64,000 nt of DNA from the NCBI GenBank assembly GCA_039630415.1, contig JBCNVB010000025.1, positions 11,419 to 75,418 of the forward strand, written 5' to 3'. Under the pieces are notes generated by a model, which ran no database searches, had not been told where the DNA came from, and saw only the letters and a program-made list of their open reading frames with translations. Shown one piece after another: positions 9,729 to 18,858 of the stretch (its first letter is position 1; each line of letters begins with the position of its first letter). A program made the translations under genes and the position numbers. This stretch comes from a bacterium. Its GTDB lineage: Bacteria; DRYD01.

Positions 9729-10616
9729 CTATTCCTCCCTAATTCCTCTTACCGTAATACCACGAAGATTAGCTTTAACTTTAGTATTAACATTAATTGA
9801 GTAGTTTACTTCAGCACGATAATGATATATGAAGGATTCTGGTTCTTCATCCCCATCCTGATTAATCGCATCCCTTCTAATAATTTGACCTGGGTGGACC
9901 TTCGGCAAAAAAGTTGTGAGCTTATAGCTTACTGATACATCATACTTTGCTTCTAACTCATACTTTTTCAAAACATCTACACCACTTTTTGTCCTTCTAA
10001 CGTGTATTATGTACTTTATGGTGTATTGGGAATTTGAAGAGGAAAAAGAATTAATATCTTCTTTAGGTCCATATATCGATATATCAAAACTATGAAAAAC
10101 ATCATATGTATATTCTTTCAATTCATCCACAATGGACTGCTTTAAGTGTTGTATAAACATTTCCTGCCTTCTGTTTTTTAAATCTTCAACTTGCTGTGAA
10201 ATCGATTGTGTATAAGTATGCGTACTCCCACCCGCTTTAGCAACTATTCTAATCTCTGCATCGTTAATATCTACATCTTCAACTATCAAGTTTGAACTTG
10301 AATTATCTCTTTCTTGCCATTCAAAGCTTGCACTTCCTGTTATAGCCGGTAAATTCACATTTGCCGAAAATGATCTTATCTGACGAGGCAACCTAAATTT
10401 TTTATCAAAATTATTTACCAAGTAGATGGTAGAGAAAGCCTCCCTAAAAGCAAGCGATACCCTACTATAGTTCTGCTTCTCATACCTGGATATTAACAGT
10501 ATCCTTTTGTTATAAGTATACAGTATTCCTACTATAGATGATATAAAAGCCACCATAAAAAGAGCAAGCAGTAAAGCACTACCCTTAACCCTAAATCCCA
10601 TTCTTTTCAAGCTCAT
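9729..10616 (-). CDS. GspK/PilX-like minor pseudopilin (tentative)
   Basis: N-terminal GSALLLALFMVAFISSIVG helix without Glu5; first gene of a three-gene pseudopilin operon; GGAGGA Shine-Dalgarno upstream. Confidence 0.4.
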   Translation of the reverse strand: MSLKRMGFRVKGSALLLALFMVAFISSIVGILYTYNKRILLISRYEKQNYSRVSLAFREAFSTIYLVNNFDKKFRLPRQIRSFSANVNLPAITGSASFEWQERDNSSSNLIVEDVDINDAEIRIVAKAGGSTHTYTQSISQQVEDLKNRRQEMFIQHLKQSIVDELKEYTYDVFHSFDISIYGPKEDINSFSSSNSQYTIKYIIHVRRTKSGVDVLKKYELEAKYDVSVSYKLTTFLPKVHPGQIIRRDAINQDGDEEPESFIYHYRAEVNYSINVNTKVKANLRGITVRGIREE

Positions 10617-10733
10617 TTCTTTTCCTCCACAACTCTTAGATTACCCCAATAATTCAATAGAAATCCTTATTACTAAACACCTTAGACAATTATTAAAAAT
10701 TAACATTTTTTTTACTTAATAGCTAAACATAAT

Positions 10734-11075
10734 TTACACTTTTTTAACAATGAAAATAAAATTATAACAAACATCTGCCTTTTTTAATAAACAAAAGCTC
10801 CAATTGCTGAAAAAATAGATAATCGAATTTCTTATTTTCCTTCTAATTAAGTTTCTCAAAAAAGCCTTACCAACTTTTTTGGATACTACTATAGCATATT
10901 TAATGCAAGGTAAAGCATTGCTTTGAACAAATATTTTAACCTTTATCTTCAAGTTTTGCAATTTGTAAACCCTTAAAATATCAGGATTACACTTCGTAAG
11001 GAAAAACTCCATTTCTTTGGAGTTGAGAGAAAAAATTTTGAGTATTTTGTAGCCAACTTTTATTCTATGTTCCAA
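10734..11075 (-). CDS. rnpA: RNase P protein component
   Basis: VVSKKVGKAFLRNLIRRKIRNS matches the RnpA RNR motif (..SKK.G.AV.RNRIKR..R..). Confidence 0.7.
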   Translation of the reverse strand: MEHRIKVGYKILKIFSLNSKEMEFFLTKCNPDILRVYKLQNLKIKVKIFVQSNALPCIKYAIVVSKKVGKAFLRNLIRRKIRNSIIYFFSNWSFCLLKKADVCYNFIFIVKKV

Positions 11076-12088
11076 ATCCTATTTCCCTCTTCTTGAGAAG
11101 GATAGACATCAAAACTTTGATCTATATTGCAGTTTGATAGAAATAGGAAAGTGGAAGCTATAGCTACCATAGCTGCATTATCAGTACACAAAGAAACTGG
11201 AGGCACCCTAATCCTTAACCCCAAATCTTTCGAAAGTTTATCCAATTCTTGCCTTAGAAAAGAGTTTGCAGCTACACCCCCACCAATCAAAATCTCACTA
11301 ACGCCAAACTCCCTTACCATCATCTGAAGTTTGTTTATAATATGCTTTATAGCAGAGTACCTAAAATAAAAACAAATTTCCTCTACATCAAAATCTTTCT
11401 TATCTTTCAAATACCTCATCACAGCAGTTTTTAATCCACTATAGCTAAAGCTGTAGCCAGATGGATCAGGAACAGGAAAAAGGGGAGAAAAATTTTTCAT
11501 CCTTTTTTCATATGAGTTTGCTAGTTTGTCGATAATAGGTCCCCCAGGAAAACCAAGCCCTAACATCCTTGCAACTTTGTCAAAAGCCTCACCCACAGCA
11601 TCATCCAATGTACCTGATATAGACCTTATCTTCAAAGGCAATAAACTATCAATCAGGAAAGCATTTGTATGACCCCCAGAAATAACCAAACCAAGATATC
11701 TAGAACAATCCTCAGGTATCTTTGTAAAGTTTACCAAAATATGAGCCCATAAATGATTTACAGGCATAACCGGCTTATCTATTAAGCCAGATATCACTTT
11801 TGCCACAGCAACCCCACACGCTAAAGCACCCACCAAACCAGGATATGCACTAACACCCACCAAATCGATTTTCTCAAAATCATCTATAACCTCTAAAGCC
11901 TTGGATAAAATTGGTACCAAATTTTCTTGATGCTTCCTAAATGCTTGCTCAGGATACACACCACCAAATAACTGATGTATATCCTGCGATAAAACAACGT
12001 TTGATAATATTTCAAACCTTCTATTACTATACCTTACTAAACTTACTGATGTTTCATCACAAGTAGTTTCTATTCCAAGAACTATCAT
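11060..12088 (-). CDS. tsaD: tRNA N6-adenosine threonylcarbamoyltransferase TsaD
   Basis: LGIETTCDETSV, HLWAHI, ISGGHT, GGGVAAN motifs. Confidence 0.9.
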   Translation of the reverse strand: MIVLGIETTCDETSVSLVRYSNRRFEILSNVVLSQDIHQLFGGVYPEQAFRKHQENLVPILSKALEVIDDFEKIDLVGVSAYPGLVGALACGVAVAKVISGLIDKPVMPVNHLWAHILVNFTKIPEDCSRYLGLVISGGHTNAFLIDSLLPLKIRSISGTLDDAVGEAFDKVARMLGLGFPGGPIIDKLANSYEKRMKNFSPLFPVPDPSGYSFSYSGLKTAVMRYLKDKKDFDVEEICFYFRYSAIKHIINKLQMMVREFGVSEILIGGGVAANSFLRQELDKLSKDLGLRIRVPPVSLCTDNAAMVAIASTFLFLSNCNIDQSFDVYPSQEEGNRIWNIE

Positions 12089-12102
12089 TACCTGTCATAA
12101 AA

Positions 12103-12726
12103 TTATCCTATGAATTCGTTCTTCATCTTTATGATTTCAAGAAACTCTTCCCTAGTTTTTGGATCATTTTTGAATTGACCAACAAGACAACTCGAAATAG
12201 TATGAGAATTTTGTTTCTCAACTCCTCTCATCATCATGCATAAATGATACCCATCTACCACCACAGCTACTCCTATAGGATTTAATACTTCCTGAATAGC
12301 AAAAGCTATCTGACTAGTAAGTCTTTCCTGAATCTGTAATCTTCTTGCATACATGTCAACGATTTTGGCAAACTTGGATAAACCCAAAATCTTCTTATCC
12401 GGTATATAACCTATATGTACAACACCAAAAAAAGGTAATAAATGATGCTCACATAAAGAGTAAAACTCAATATTCTTAACCACAACCATATTACTACTTT
12501 CAGCATGGAATATTGCACCATTTACTACTTGTGAAAGAGTTTCGTTATAACCCTTAAGTAAAAAAGCCCAAGATTTTGCAACCCTTAAAGGAGTATCCCT
12601 TAAACCTTCCCTATTTACGTCCTCACCAATTAAACCCAAAAAATCTGTAAATAAATCCTTTAATTTATCAACATCTATATTCGTTTGATAATCTATCGTC
12701 AATTCCTCATCAAAAACTCTTTTCAT
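12103..12726 (-). CDS. folE: GTP cyclohydrolase I
   Basis: [24 protein letters not shown] motifs. Confidence 0.9.
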   Translation of the reverse strand: MKRVFDEELTIDYQTNIDVDKLKDLFTDFLGLIGEDVNREGLRDTPLRVAKSWAFLLKGYNETLSQVVNGAIFHAESSNMVVVKNIEFYSLCEHHLLPFFGVVHIGYIPDKKILGLSKFAKIVDMYARRLQIQERLTSQIAFAIQEVLNPIGVAVVVDGYHLCMMMRGVEKQNSHTISSCLVGQFKNDPKTREEFLEIIKMKNEFIG

Positions 12727-12768
12727 ATCCTTCTCCTTTATTGTGAAATATTCAAAAATATTCCACTT

Positions 12769-12796
12769 TTGACAATTCTATAATAACACTTATATT
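12769..12796 (+). promoter_or_regulatory. sigma70-like promoter candidate (TTGACA - 16 nt - TATATT)
   Basis: Exact -35 hexamer at 12769..12774 and a 5/6 -10 at 12791..12796, in the divergent folE / C11-peptidase intergenic region. Confidence 0.35.
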
Positions 12797-12922
12797 ACCT
12801 CCTACCAAAGTAAATCATTTTTATCAAATTTTAACTATTTTTTAACATCTCCATTTGATAAAACTTTCTTTTTATTAGTACTTCAATAAATGGTAAATCA
12901 CAATAACAGGAGGGTAAGTAAA

Positions 12923-14167
12923 ATGATAGGACCCGTATCTATAAGAACATTAGATCAAACATTACCTAACACTCCAACTCCTAACACTAATCAAACAAAT
13001 ATAAAAGAGCCAGAATCAAACCAACCTGATACTAACTACACAGAAAATCAAGAAGTTGAAAAGAAATGGCTAGTTATTGTATATGCAGCGGGCGACAATG
13101 ATCTTTCCAGCTACCTTTTTGAAGATATAGATGAATTGGAAACAGTTGGCTCAGATAAAAATACTCACATTATTTCAATTCTAGATCAAGGTAAATATGG
13201 TACACAATTTAAAGGAGCAAGAATATTTTATCTTCAAAAAGATAAACAATTAGGTAAAATAAACTCACCTGTAATACAAAATCTTTCACAAATCAATCTA
13301 GCAGACCCTAAAACAATGGGTAAACTAATAGGGGAACTCATGAGTAAGTACCCCTCTACCCACGTAGCAGTTATCCTGTCTGATCATGGTTCAGGGTGGC
13401 AAGGAGCAATTGAAGATGATTTTCCTAAAAAATCATTCATGACACTACAGCAAATAAAAGAAGCTTTATCTACCGCTTTAGAAATAGCAGGTAGAAAGAT
13501 AGATGTTTTAGGATGGGATGCATGCTTAATGGCTATGGCAGAAGTAGGCTATGAACTCAAAGATTTTGCAAAATATATGGTAGCTAGCGAACAACTTGAA
13601 GGAGCAGATGGCTGGCCCTACAGCAGAATCTTCGCCTCCACTCTCAAACATATCATATCCACACTCCAAAAAGAAATACAAACAAATATCGAACATCAAC
13701 CCAAAGATCTAGCAGAAACTATAGTTAAAGAGGCTCAGAATTTCAGCCACTCAATAAAAACTTTATCAGCAGTAGACCTTGAAAAAGCACAACTCGTAGC
13801 AACTAAACTAGATGAACTAGCTAAAGAAATTATAAATGATCCTTCATCTTTTTCACAAATAATACGAGCTATGAGAAGAACAGAAAGATTTTACCAAAAC
13901 TTTAGAGATCTGGGTCACTTTGCACAACTAATCCAGACTCTTAATGTAAATCCAAACATTAAAACGAAAGCCCAAGAACTAGAACAAGCTCTAAAAGAAT
14001 ACGTCATAAAAGAATTTCATACCGATGATCATCCCAACGCTACTGGTGTATCCATCGAAATGCCCGTAAACTCTAAACCTACTTCCGACTATCTAAAAAC
14101 TTCACTGGCTCAAAATACTTCATGGGATGAAATGTTAACAGCTATGTTTACCGCCCCGAGAACATAA
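12923..14167 (+). CDS. clostripain-like (C11 family) cysteine peptidase
   Basis: VIVYAAGDNDL, His-Gly (SDHGSGW) and catalytic Cys (WDACLMA) motifs. ATG at 12923 follows AGGAGG (12908..12913); the tracked start at 12890 is less likely. No obvious signal peptide. Confidence 0.75.
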   Translation: MIGPVSIRTLDQTLPNTPTPNTNQTNIKEPESNQPDTNYTENQEVEKKWLVIVYAAGDNDLSSYLFEDIDELETVGSDKNTHIISILDQGKYGTQFKGARIFYLQKDKQLGKINSPVIQNLSQINLADPKTMGKLIGELMSKYPSTHVAVILSDHGSGWQGAIEDDFPKKSFMTLQQIKEALSTALEIAGRKIDVLGWDACLMAMAEVGYELKDFAKYMVASEQLEGADGWPYSRIFASTLKHIISTLQKEIQTNIEHQPKDLAETIVKEAQNFSHSIKTLSAVDLEKAQLVATKLDELAKEIINDPSSFSQIIRAMRRTERFYQNFRDLGHFAQLIQTLNVNPNIKTKAQELEQALKEYVIKEFHTDDHPNATGVSIEMPVNSKPTSDYLKTSLAQNTSWDEMLTAMFTAPRT

Positions 14168-14669
14168 ACATTCCCCAAACCGAATTAGCAAGGCTTAAAA
14201 CTAAACCAATTATACTTAGAATAATACCGACAAAGGGGAGGAATAAAAAACGCTTATTTCTTGTCATAAATCCGGCAGCAGAGATAGCTGCTCCCATAAG
14301 TGACATGGGACATCCACAAATAGGTAAAATCGCACCACAAATACTAAGAACTCCTATAGCAGTACCCGCTACTGCAAACCAAAAACCCGTATCGTAATCT
14401 TGGTAGGCAGAAGAGGGCAAAGTATTAGGTGCAGGAGGAGTAGTAGCGTAATTTGATTGATAATTTGGAGGATAATTTGGAGGATAATTCGGAGGCGGAG
14501 GGGGATATCCCATTTGTTCAGGAGGTACCGGCATACCAGATCCAGGAACAGTACCAAAACCCGTCGTAGTTCCACCCTGAGGATAAGACAAGTTATTACC
14601 ACAGTAAGGACAGACTTTAGCCGACTGATCAATAAAATTGTTACATCTGGGACAATTTATCATCTTCAA
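14148..14669 (-). CDS. zinc-ribbon / Pro-Tyr-rich / C-terminal multi-TM protein
   Basis: CPRC..(x13)..CPYC zinc ribbon, a PPPPPNYPPNYPPNYQSNY linker, then about three hydrophobic helices. Confidence 0.6.
   Translation of the reverse strand: MKMINCPRCNNFIDQSAKVCPYCGNNLSYPQGGTTTGFGTVPGSGMPVPPEQMGYPPPPPNYPPNYPPNYQSNYATTPPAPNTLPSSAYQDYDTGFWFAVAGTAIGVLSICGAILPICGCPMSLMGAAISAAGFMTRNKRFLFLPFVGIILSIIGLVLSLANSVWGMFMFSGR
14459..14494. repeat. three tandem 12-bp units (GATAATTTGGAG-like) encoding PPNY x3
   Basis: Read directly: gataatttggag gataatttggag gataattcggag. Confidence 0.9.
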
Positions 14670-14681
14670 CTCCCCTCATAA

Positions 14682-15539
14682 CTAGTTTCCTACTCCAGGT
14701 ACCCACATAGTTTTTATCTCCAAGAACTTCTCTATCCAACTTATTCCTTCAGATTTACTATCCTCAAAAAAATCTTCATAGGATAAGTTATCAACTTTAA
14801 TCCTCTTTAGATTCAGTGATCCACCTTGAACTATTTTATCGATTATTTCCTTATCAGAACCTATAAAATGAATCAAATCTATATCCATATGTTTAGATAG
14901 GTGATCTATAAGCTCATTATTAGTCTGTGTGAGTATGTTAATTACGCCTGGAGGTACGTCAGAAGCTAATATAATCTCGCTAAAAGTTAAGACAGGTAAA
15001 GGATTATCCGATAAAACAGAAACTACTACATTACCAACAGTAATCGTAGGTATAACCTGAGTGATAAAAGATAGAAGAGGAGGGTTAGAGGGTGTAATGC
15101 AACAAACCACCCCAACTGGTTCAGGAACAGAGTAGTTAATAAAAGGAGTAGATACAGAATTGACAGTGCCGAGAATGTGAGAGTACTTGTCTGCCCAACC
15201 AGCATAATGGATAAGTCTATCAATAACTTTTTGTACTTCTTCAGAGTGATTCTTAACCCCATGTTTTTTTAGCTCATTGGCTAATTCATACTTTCTATTT
15301 TCAGTTTCTTCTGCCATTCTATATATTATTTGTCCTCTATTGTAAGGACTTTTATTTTCCCAAGTTTGTAGGGCATTTTTTGCAACCCTTACCGCATCCC
15401 TTAAATCCTTCTTCGTGCATCTGGGAACATTTGCAATAAATTTACCAGAACTATCAAAAACTTTATAGGTTCTATTACTCTCACTTCTTACTAACTGACC
15501 ATTTATCAAAATTTTGTAAGTCTTATATACTTCCGTCAC
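14682..15539 (-). CDS. aldehyde-dehydrogenase-like protein lacking the catalytic domain
   Basis: 285 aa. ALDH N-terminal and NAD-domain motifs are present in degenerate form (PVGVV..ITPSNPP, VGNVVVSVLSD, PPGVINIL, FIGSD). The chain then jumps to the ALDH C-terminal tail (KFLEIKTMWV). Confidence 0.6.
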   Translation of the reverse strand: MTEVYKTYKILINGQLVRSESNRTYKVFDSSGKFIANVPRCTKKDLRDAVRVAKNALQTWENKSPYNRGQIIYRMAEETENRKYELANELKKHGVKNHSEEVQKVIDRLIHYAGWADKYSHILGTVNSVSTPFINYSVPEPVGVVCCITPSNPPLLSFITQVIPTITVGNVVVSVLSDNPLPVLTFSEIILASDVPPGVINILTQTNNELIDHLSKHMDIDLIHFIGSDKEIIDKIVQGGSLNLKRIKVDNLSYEDFFEDSKSEGISWIEKFLEIKTMWVPGVGN

Positions 15540-15671
15540 TGTTTCTATAATTCTTCAGAAACTTACATACTCCCTTCGTAGAAAAACTATAAAAAAGGTT
15601 TTATGTGAACATTTTAGAATATAGTTTTTAGAAGCAGAACATTTCGATGGCGAAAAATTTCTAAAAAAATT

Positions 15672-16451
15672 ATGATAGATATCTCATATTTTCAGGAAAA
15701 CAATATTCACGGAGATGATAGTTATTTTATTCATAAAACAGATGAATTTTTATTTGTTGGATTATCAGATGGAGTTTCCTCAAATAGGCTAGGTAAAGTA
15801 TGTTCCTATCTCGCTATGGAAAAAATACATATGCATATTAGCAGTAAAAACTTTATCGAAAACCTTAGAAGAGAAATAGATAATCAAAGAGATGTAAAAG
15901 AACTAATCAGTAGTATCTTGGAAATTAGTCTACATGAAGTAATGGAAGACTTTAAGCAAAACAAAATTCCTGCACACTTCAAAGAAATTGTAAAACAGCA
16001 TCAATCTGATCCAAAAGGTACAATCCTTATAGGAATAATAGATTTGATAAACCTAAATCTATATACCTATTCTTTGGGGGATAGCGAATGTTGGATAATA
16101 AGAAATAATTCTCTTCAAAGCCATACAGGATATTTGGTTAGTTCCAGCTCAAACGTCCTAACAACATACTTTAGCCTATCAGATGGAATAGTTGGAAATC
16201 CCGATATATCGTCCAGGAAAATATACAACAAAGACATTATAGTATTCAACACCGACGGAGCAAAAGTTACATGGACATCAAAATTTGGAGTACAAGGAGT
16301 TCCTTTCCTTAAAAACTTGTACGCTAACTTCACAGAAAGTGCACCCAATTGGATAAAATTCCTTAAACAAAACAACCTACTACAAGATGATGCAACCCTA
16401 GTAATAGTCAAAATACAACAAACTATCAACAACCCTACCGATAAATTATGA
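15672..16451 (+). CDS. PP2C-family Ser/Thr phosphatase-like protein
   Basis: GDDSYF, GLSDGVSS, GDSECWI, NTDG and DDATLVIVK follow PP2C/SpoIIE motif order. Confidence 0.6.
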   Translation: MIDISYFQENNIHGDDSYFIHKTDEFLFVGLSDGVSSNRLGKVCSYLAMEKIHMHISSKNFIENLRREIDNQRDVKELISSILEISLHEVMEDFKQNKIPAHFKEIVKQHQSDPKGTILIGIIDLINLNLYTYSLGDSECWIIRNNSLQSHTGYLVSSSSNVLTTYFSLSDGIVGNPDISSRKIYNKDIIVFNTDGAKVTWTSKFGVQGVPFLKNLYANFTESAPNWIKFLKQNNLLQDDATLVIVKIQQTINNPTDKL

Positions 16452-17719
16452 AAATACCGCTCGTAATAAGAATATTAATGCATACTATAATACCTTACTT
16501 CCTTTCCTTATCTATACTCTATCTAATAAACCATCTACAACAAATCATTCCAACAGAAGAAGAAAATATTAACATTCAAACAGTATATAGCTTACAAAAT
16601 TACTACTCAAGTTTAGATATATATCAATCTCAATTCTTAACATTAAAACTCCTCCAAAACAATATAATCTCAGTTCTAGAATTGCAAAACAACTTATACC
16701 TAATAAAACTAGACATATATGGGAACGTAGTCGTCGGAAAAAAAATAGATAATCATAAGTTGATAGAACTCAGCACTGATTCAAACAAAGTATACTGCAA
16801 TATAATAACTCAAAATCTAGCACAAGAATCTAAAACCTTAACCTCAATCTTTTTTGATAATAACCTGAATCCTCTTAAATCATACAAAATACAGGTTAAT
16901 GAAGGCATAGAAATAACACCAATAAGCTTGCAAGAATCAGAGCTTATTTTTCTGTCAAATTTAGAAAAAACCTATATAGCCTTATGTTTACTAACCACCA
17001 CCGGGATTCAAAAATTAGCTGAGTATAAATCAAACATTAAACTTGAAAAAATACATAATCAAGATCCCAAATTCATAGTCTTCCCACTAAATACCGAAAC
17101 AAAAAACTCAGTCCTGATAATAGAAAAACCAAACTTCAACCAGTATACAATCGACCAGAACATAATATTAGAAAGTTACTATTCTGACTACTCACACCTT
17201 TCCTTCATACTCAAAACACCAGATAACATCCCATACTTCGTAAAAATTCATAAAAAAAACAAATCAATTAAATCATACAAAATAAATTCAAATCAGTTTA
17301 ATATCTACAATCTTGATCACTTCTACGTATACGATATAATACATTTTACCAATCAGGAGGATAAATACATTATCTTTATTAGTAAAAACGGAGTAGTTTA
17401 CAGAAAATTGAAGTTATCGGCAGGGGTTTCAGACTATAGAGTTTTCTCCAATTTAGGGGGTATATTTGTTTTATTCACTAAAGATAATTTTCCTTTCCTA
17501 GTCAGATTCTCACAGGATATCCAAGATACACAAACTCCTTACTTTACTGTATACTCAGCTTCAGAACTCGCATTTTCACTAGAAGAAGTCACAAAAACAT
17601 TCACATTATCAAGAGTAGGAATTTTACAAAAATCAGATGACTTAAAAGTTAGAATTGAAGAAGAGCAAATAAATATACAAACTGAAGAACCTTTTTCACG
17701 AACACAAGGAACATTCTAA
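16448..17719 (+). CDS. membrane-anchored hypothetical protein
   Basis: 423-aa ORF with an N-terminal TM; its start overlaps the PP2C stop as ATGA; no recognisable domain. Confidence 0.45.
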   Translation: MKIPLVIRILMHTIIPYFLSLSILYLINHLQQIIPTEEENINIQTVYSLQNYYSSLDIYQSQFLTLKLLQNNIISVLELQNNLYLIKLDIYGNVVVGKKIDNHKLIELSTDSNKVYCNIITQNLAQESKTLTSIFFDNNLNPLKSYKIQVNEGIEITPISLQESELIFLSNLEKTYIALCLLTTTGIQKLAEYKSNIKLEKIHNQDPKFIVFPLNTETKNSVLIIEKPNFNQYTIDQNIILESYYSDYSHLSFILKTPDNIPYFVKIHKKNKSIKSYKINSNQFNIYNLDHFYVYDIIHFTNQEDKYIIFISKNGVVYRKLKLSAGVSDYRVFSNLGGIFVLFTKDNFPFLVRFSQDIQDTQTPYFTVYSASELAFSLEEVTKTFTLSRVGILQKSDDLKVRIEEEQINIQTEEPFSRTQGTF

Positions 17720-17728
17720 AAATTCCTT

Positions 17729-18832
17729 CTACAAATTTTCAAAAATCTCTTTGATTTTACTCTCCTCAAAATCGAAAATTTGCAAAGTTTCAATCAATAT
17801 AGGTTTTCCAAGTATCGGTACCCTATAAATATTAAGATAATCGTTCTCAACTATGAAAAACAATGAAAATTCTAAAGTATCAAAAAAACGAATAGACATA
17901 ATATCAATAGATCTTTGAATCTCGTATTCTACAAAAGAATGTGCCTGCTTAATCTCATTCTCTATCTTATCAAATATTTTCTCTATCTTACTAACCCACT
18001 CATTGAATTCTAAAACATAAGAAAAATCAATATCTATCTTCAAAGTAGATAAATATGAAATAATTTCATAGGTGCTCTGAAACCTTTTGTAATTATCCAC
18101 TTCAGCACACTTGAGTATAACCTTCAAAATTTCCTCATCTACTTTCCCTTTGCTAACATCAAAACACTCATTAATGTATTTCTTGTAAGATTCATAATCA
18201 AAATAACTTTCCTGGTTATATGGTTTTATACGAGATATAATTTCAAGAAAAGTTATTCCCAATGAAAAGATATCATTTGAAGGATGGGGAGGTAAAATCT
18301 GATATTGCTCAGGAGGAGAGTAACCAGGACTTACAAATATTACACCCCTCTTTAAAAAGTTCGATATACCAAAATCAATTACTTTAACCATATCATTAGT
18401 TATATCCACCAAAATATTCGAAGGCTTAATATCCCTGTGAATTATAGATCTCGAATGTAAATAATCTATCGCATTAACAGACATCAAAAAGTATTTTATA
18501 AGCTTTTCCTGATTTATATCATCTTCAAAATAGCTCCTTATATCTTTACCCTCTATAAATTCCATCACATAGAAAAAGTTGTTATTAAAATAAAAGCTAT
18601 CATAAAATTTTGAAACGTTTGGATGCCTCATAGACTTCAAAATAGATATCTCTGATATAAAGCTCTCTATAAACAAGTCCCTGTAATTCTCAAATTTCAG
18701 TTGTTTAATAGCAAAAATTTTGGGTATTTTCAGATGTCTTACTTTGTAAACATTACCCATACCACCAGAGTTAATGAGCTCTATAACCTCGTATGTATTC
18801 AGAATAATCTCACCTGGATTAAAAATCTTCAT
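17729..18832 (-). CDS. Ser/Thr protein kinase (Hanks type) with an unknown C-terminal domain
   Basis: G-loop NSGGMGNVY, AIK Lys, HRDIKPSNILV, DFG, SPPE. Confidence 0.85.
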   Translation of the reverse strand: MKIFNPGEIILNTYEVIELINSGGMGNVYKVRHLKIPKIFAIKQLKFENYRDLFIESFISEISILKSMRHPNVSKFYDSFYFNNNFFYVMEFIEGKDIRSYFEDDINQEKLIKYFLMSVNAIDYLHSRSIIHRDIKPSNILVDITNDMVKVIDFGISNFLKRGVIFVSPGYSPPEQYQILPPHPSNDIFSLGITFLEIISRIKPYNQESYFDYESYKKYINECFDVSKGKVDEEILKVILKCAEVDNYKRFQSTYEIISYLSTLKIDIDFSYVLEFNEWVSKIEKIFDKIENEIKQAHSFVEYEIQRSIDIMSIRFFDTLEFSLFFIVENDYLNIYRVPILGKPILIETLQIFDFEESKIKEIFENL

Positions 18833-18858
18833 AAAATCTCCCTTTCATTCTAAGTACT

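Noticed and set aside
10617-10733. Intergenic regions 10617..10733, 15540..15671 and 24826..24951 screened for small RNAs (SRP, tmRNA, RNase P RNA, 6S) and sigma54-type pilin promoters
   Set aside because: They are too short and AT-rich, and I recognised no conserved cores or GG-N10-GC elements. They contain only Shine-Dalgarno sites and vague -10-like hexamers.
14459-14494. 12-bp tandem repeat considered as a CRISPR-like or regulatory array
   Set aside because: It has only three contiguous units without spacers. It is in frame inside a CDS and encodes PPNY repeats.
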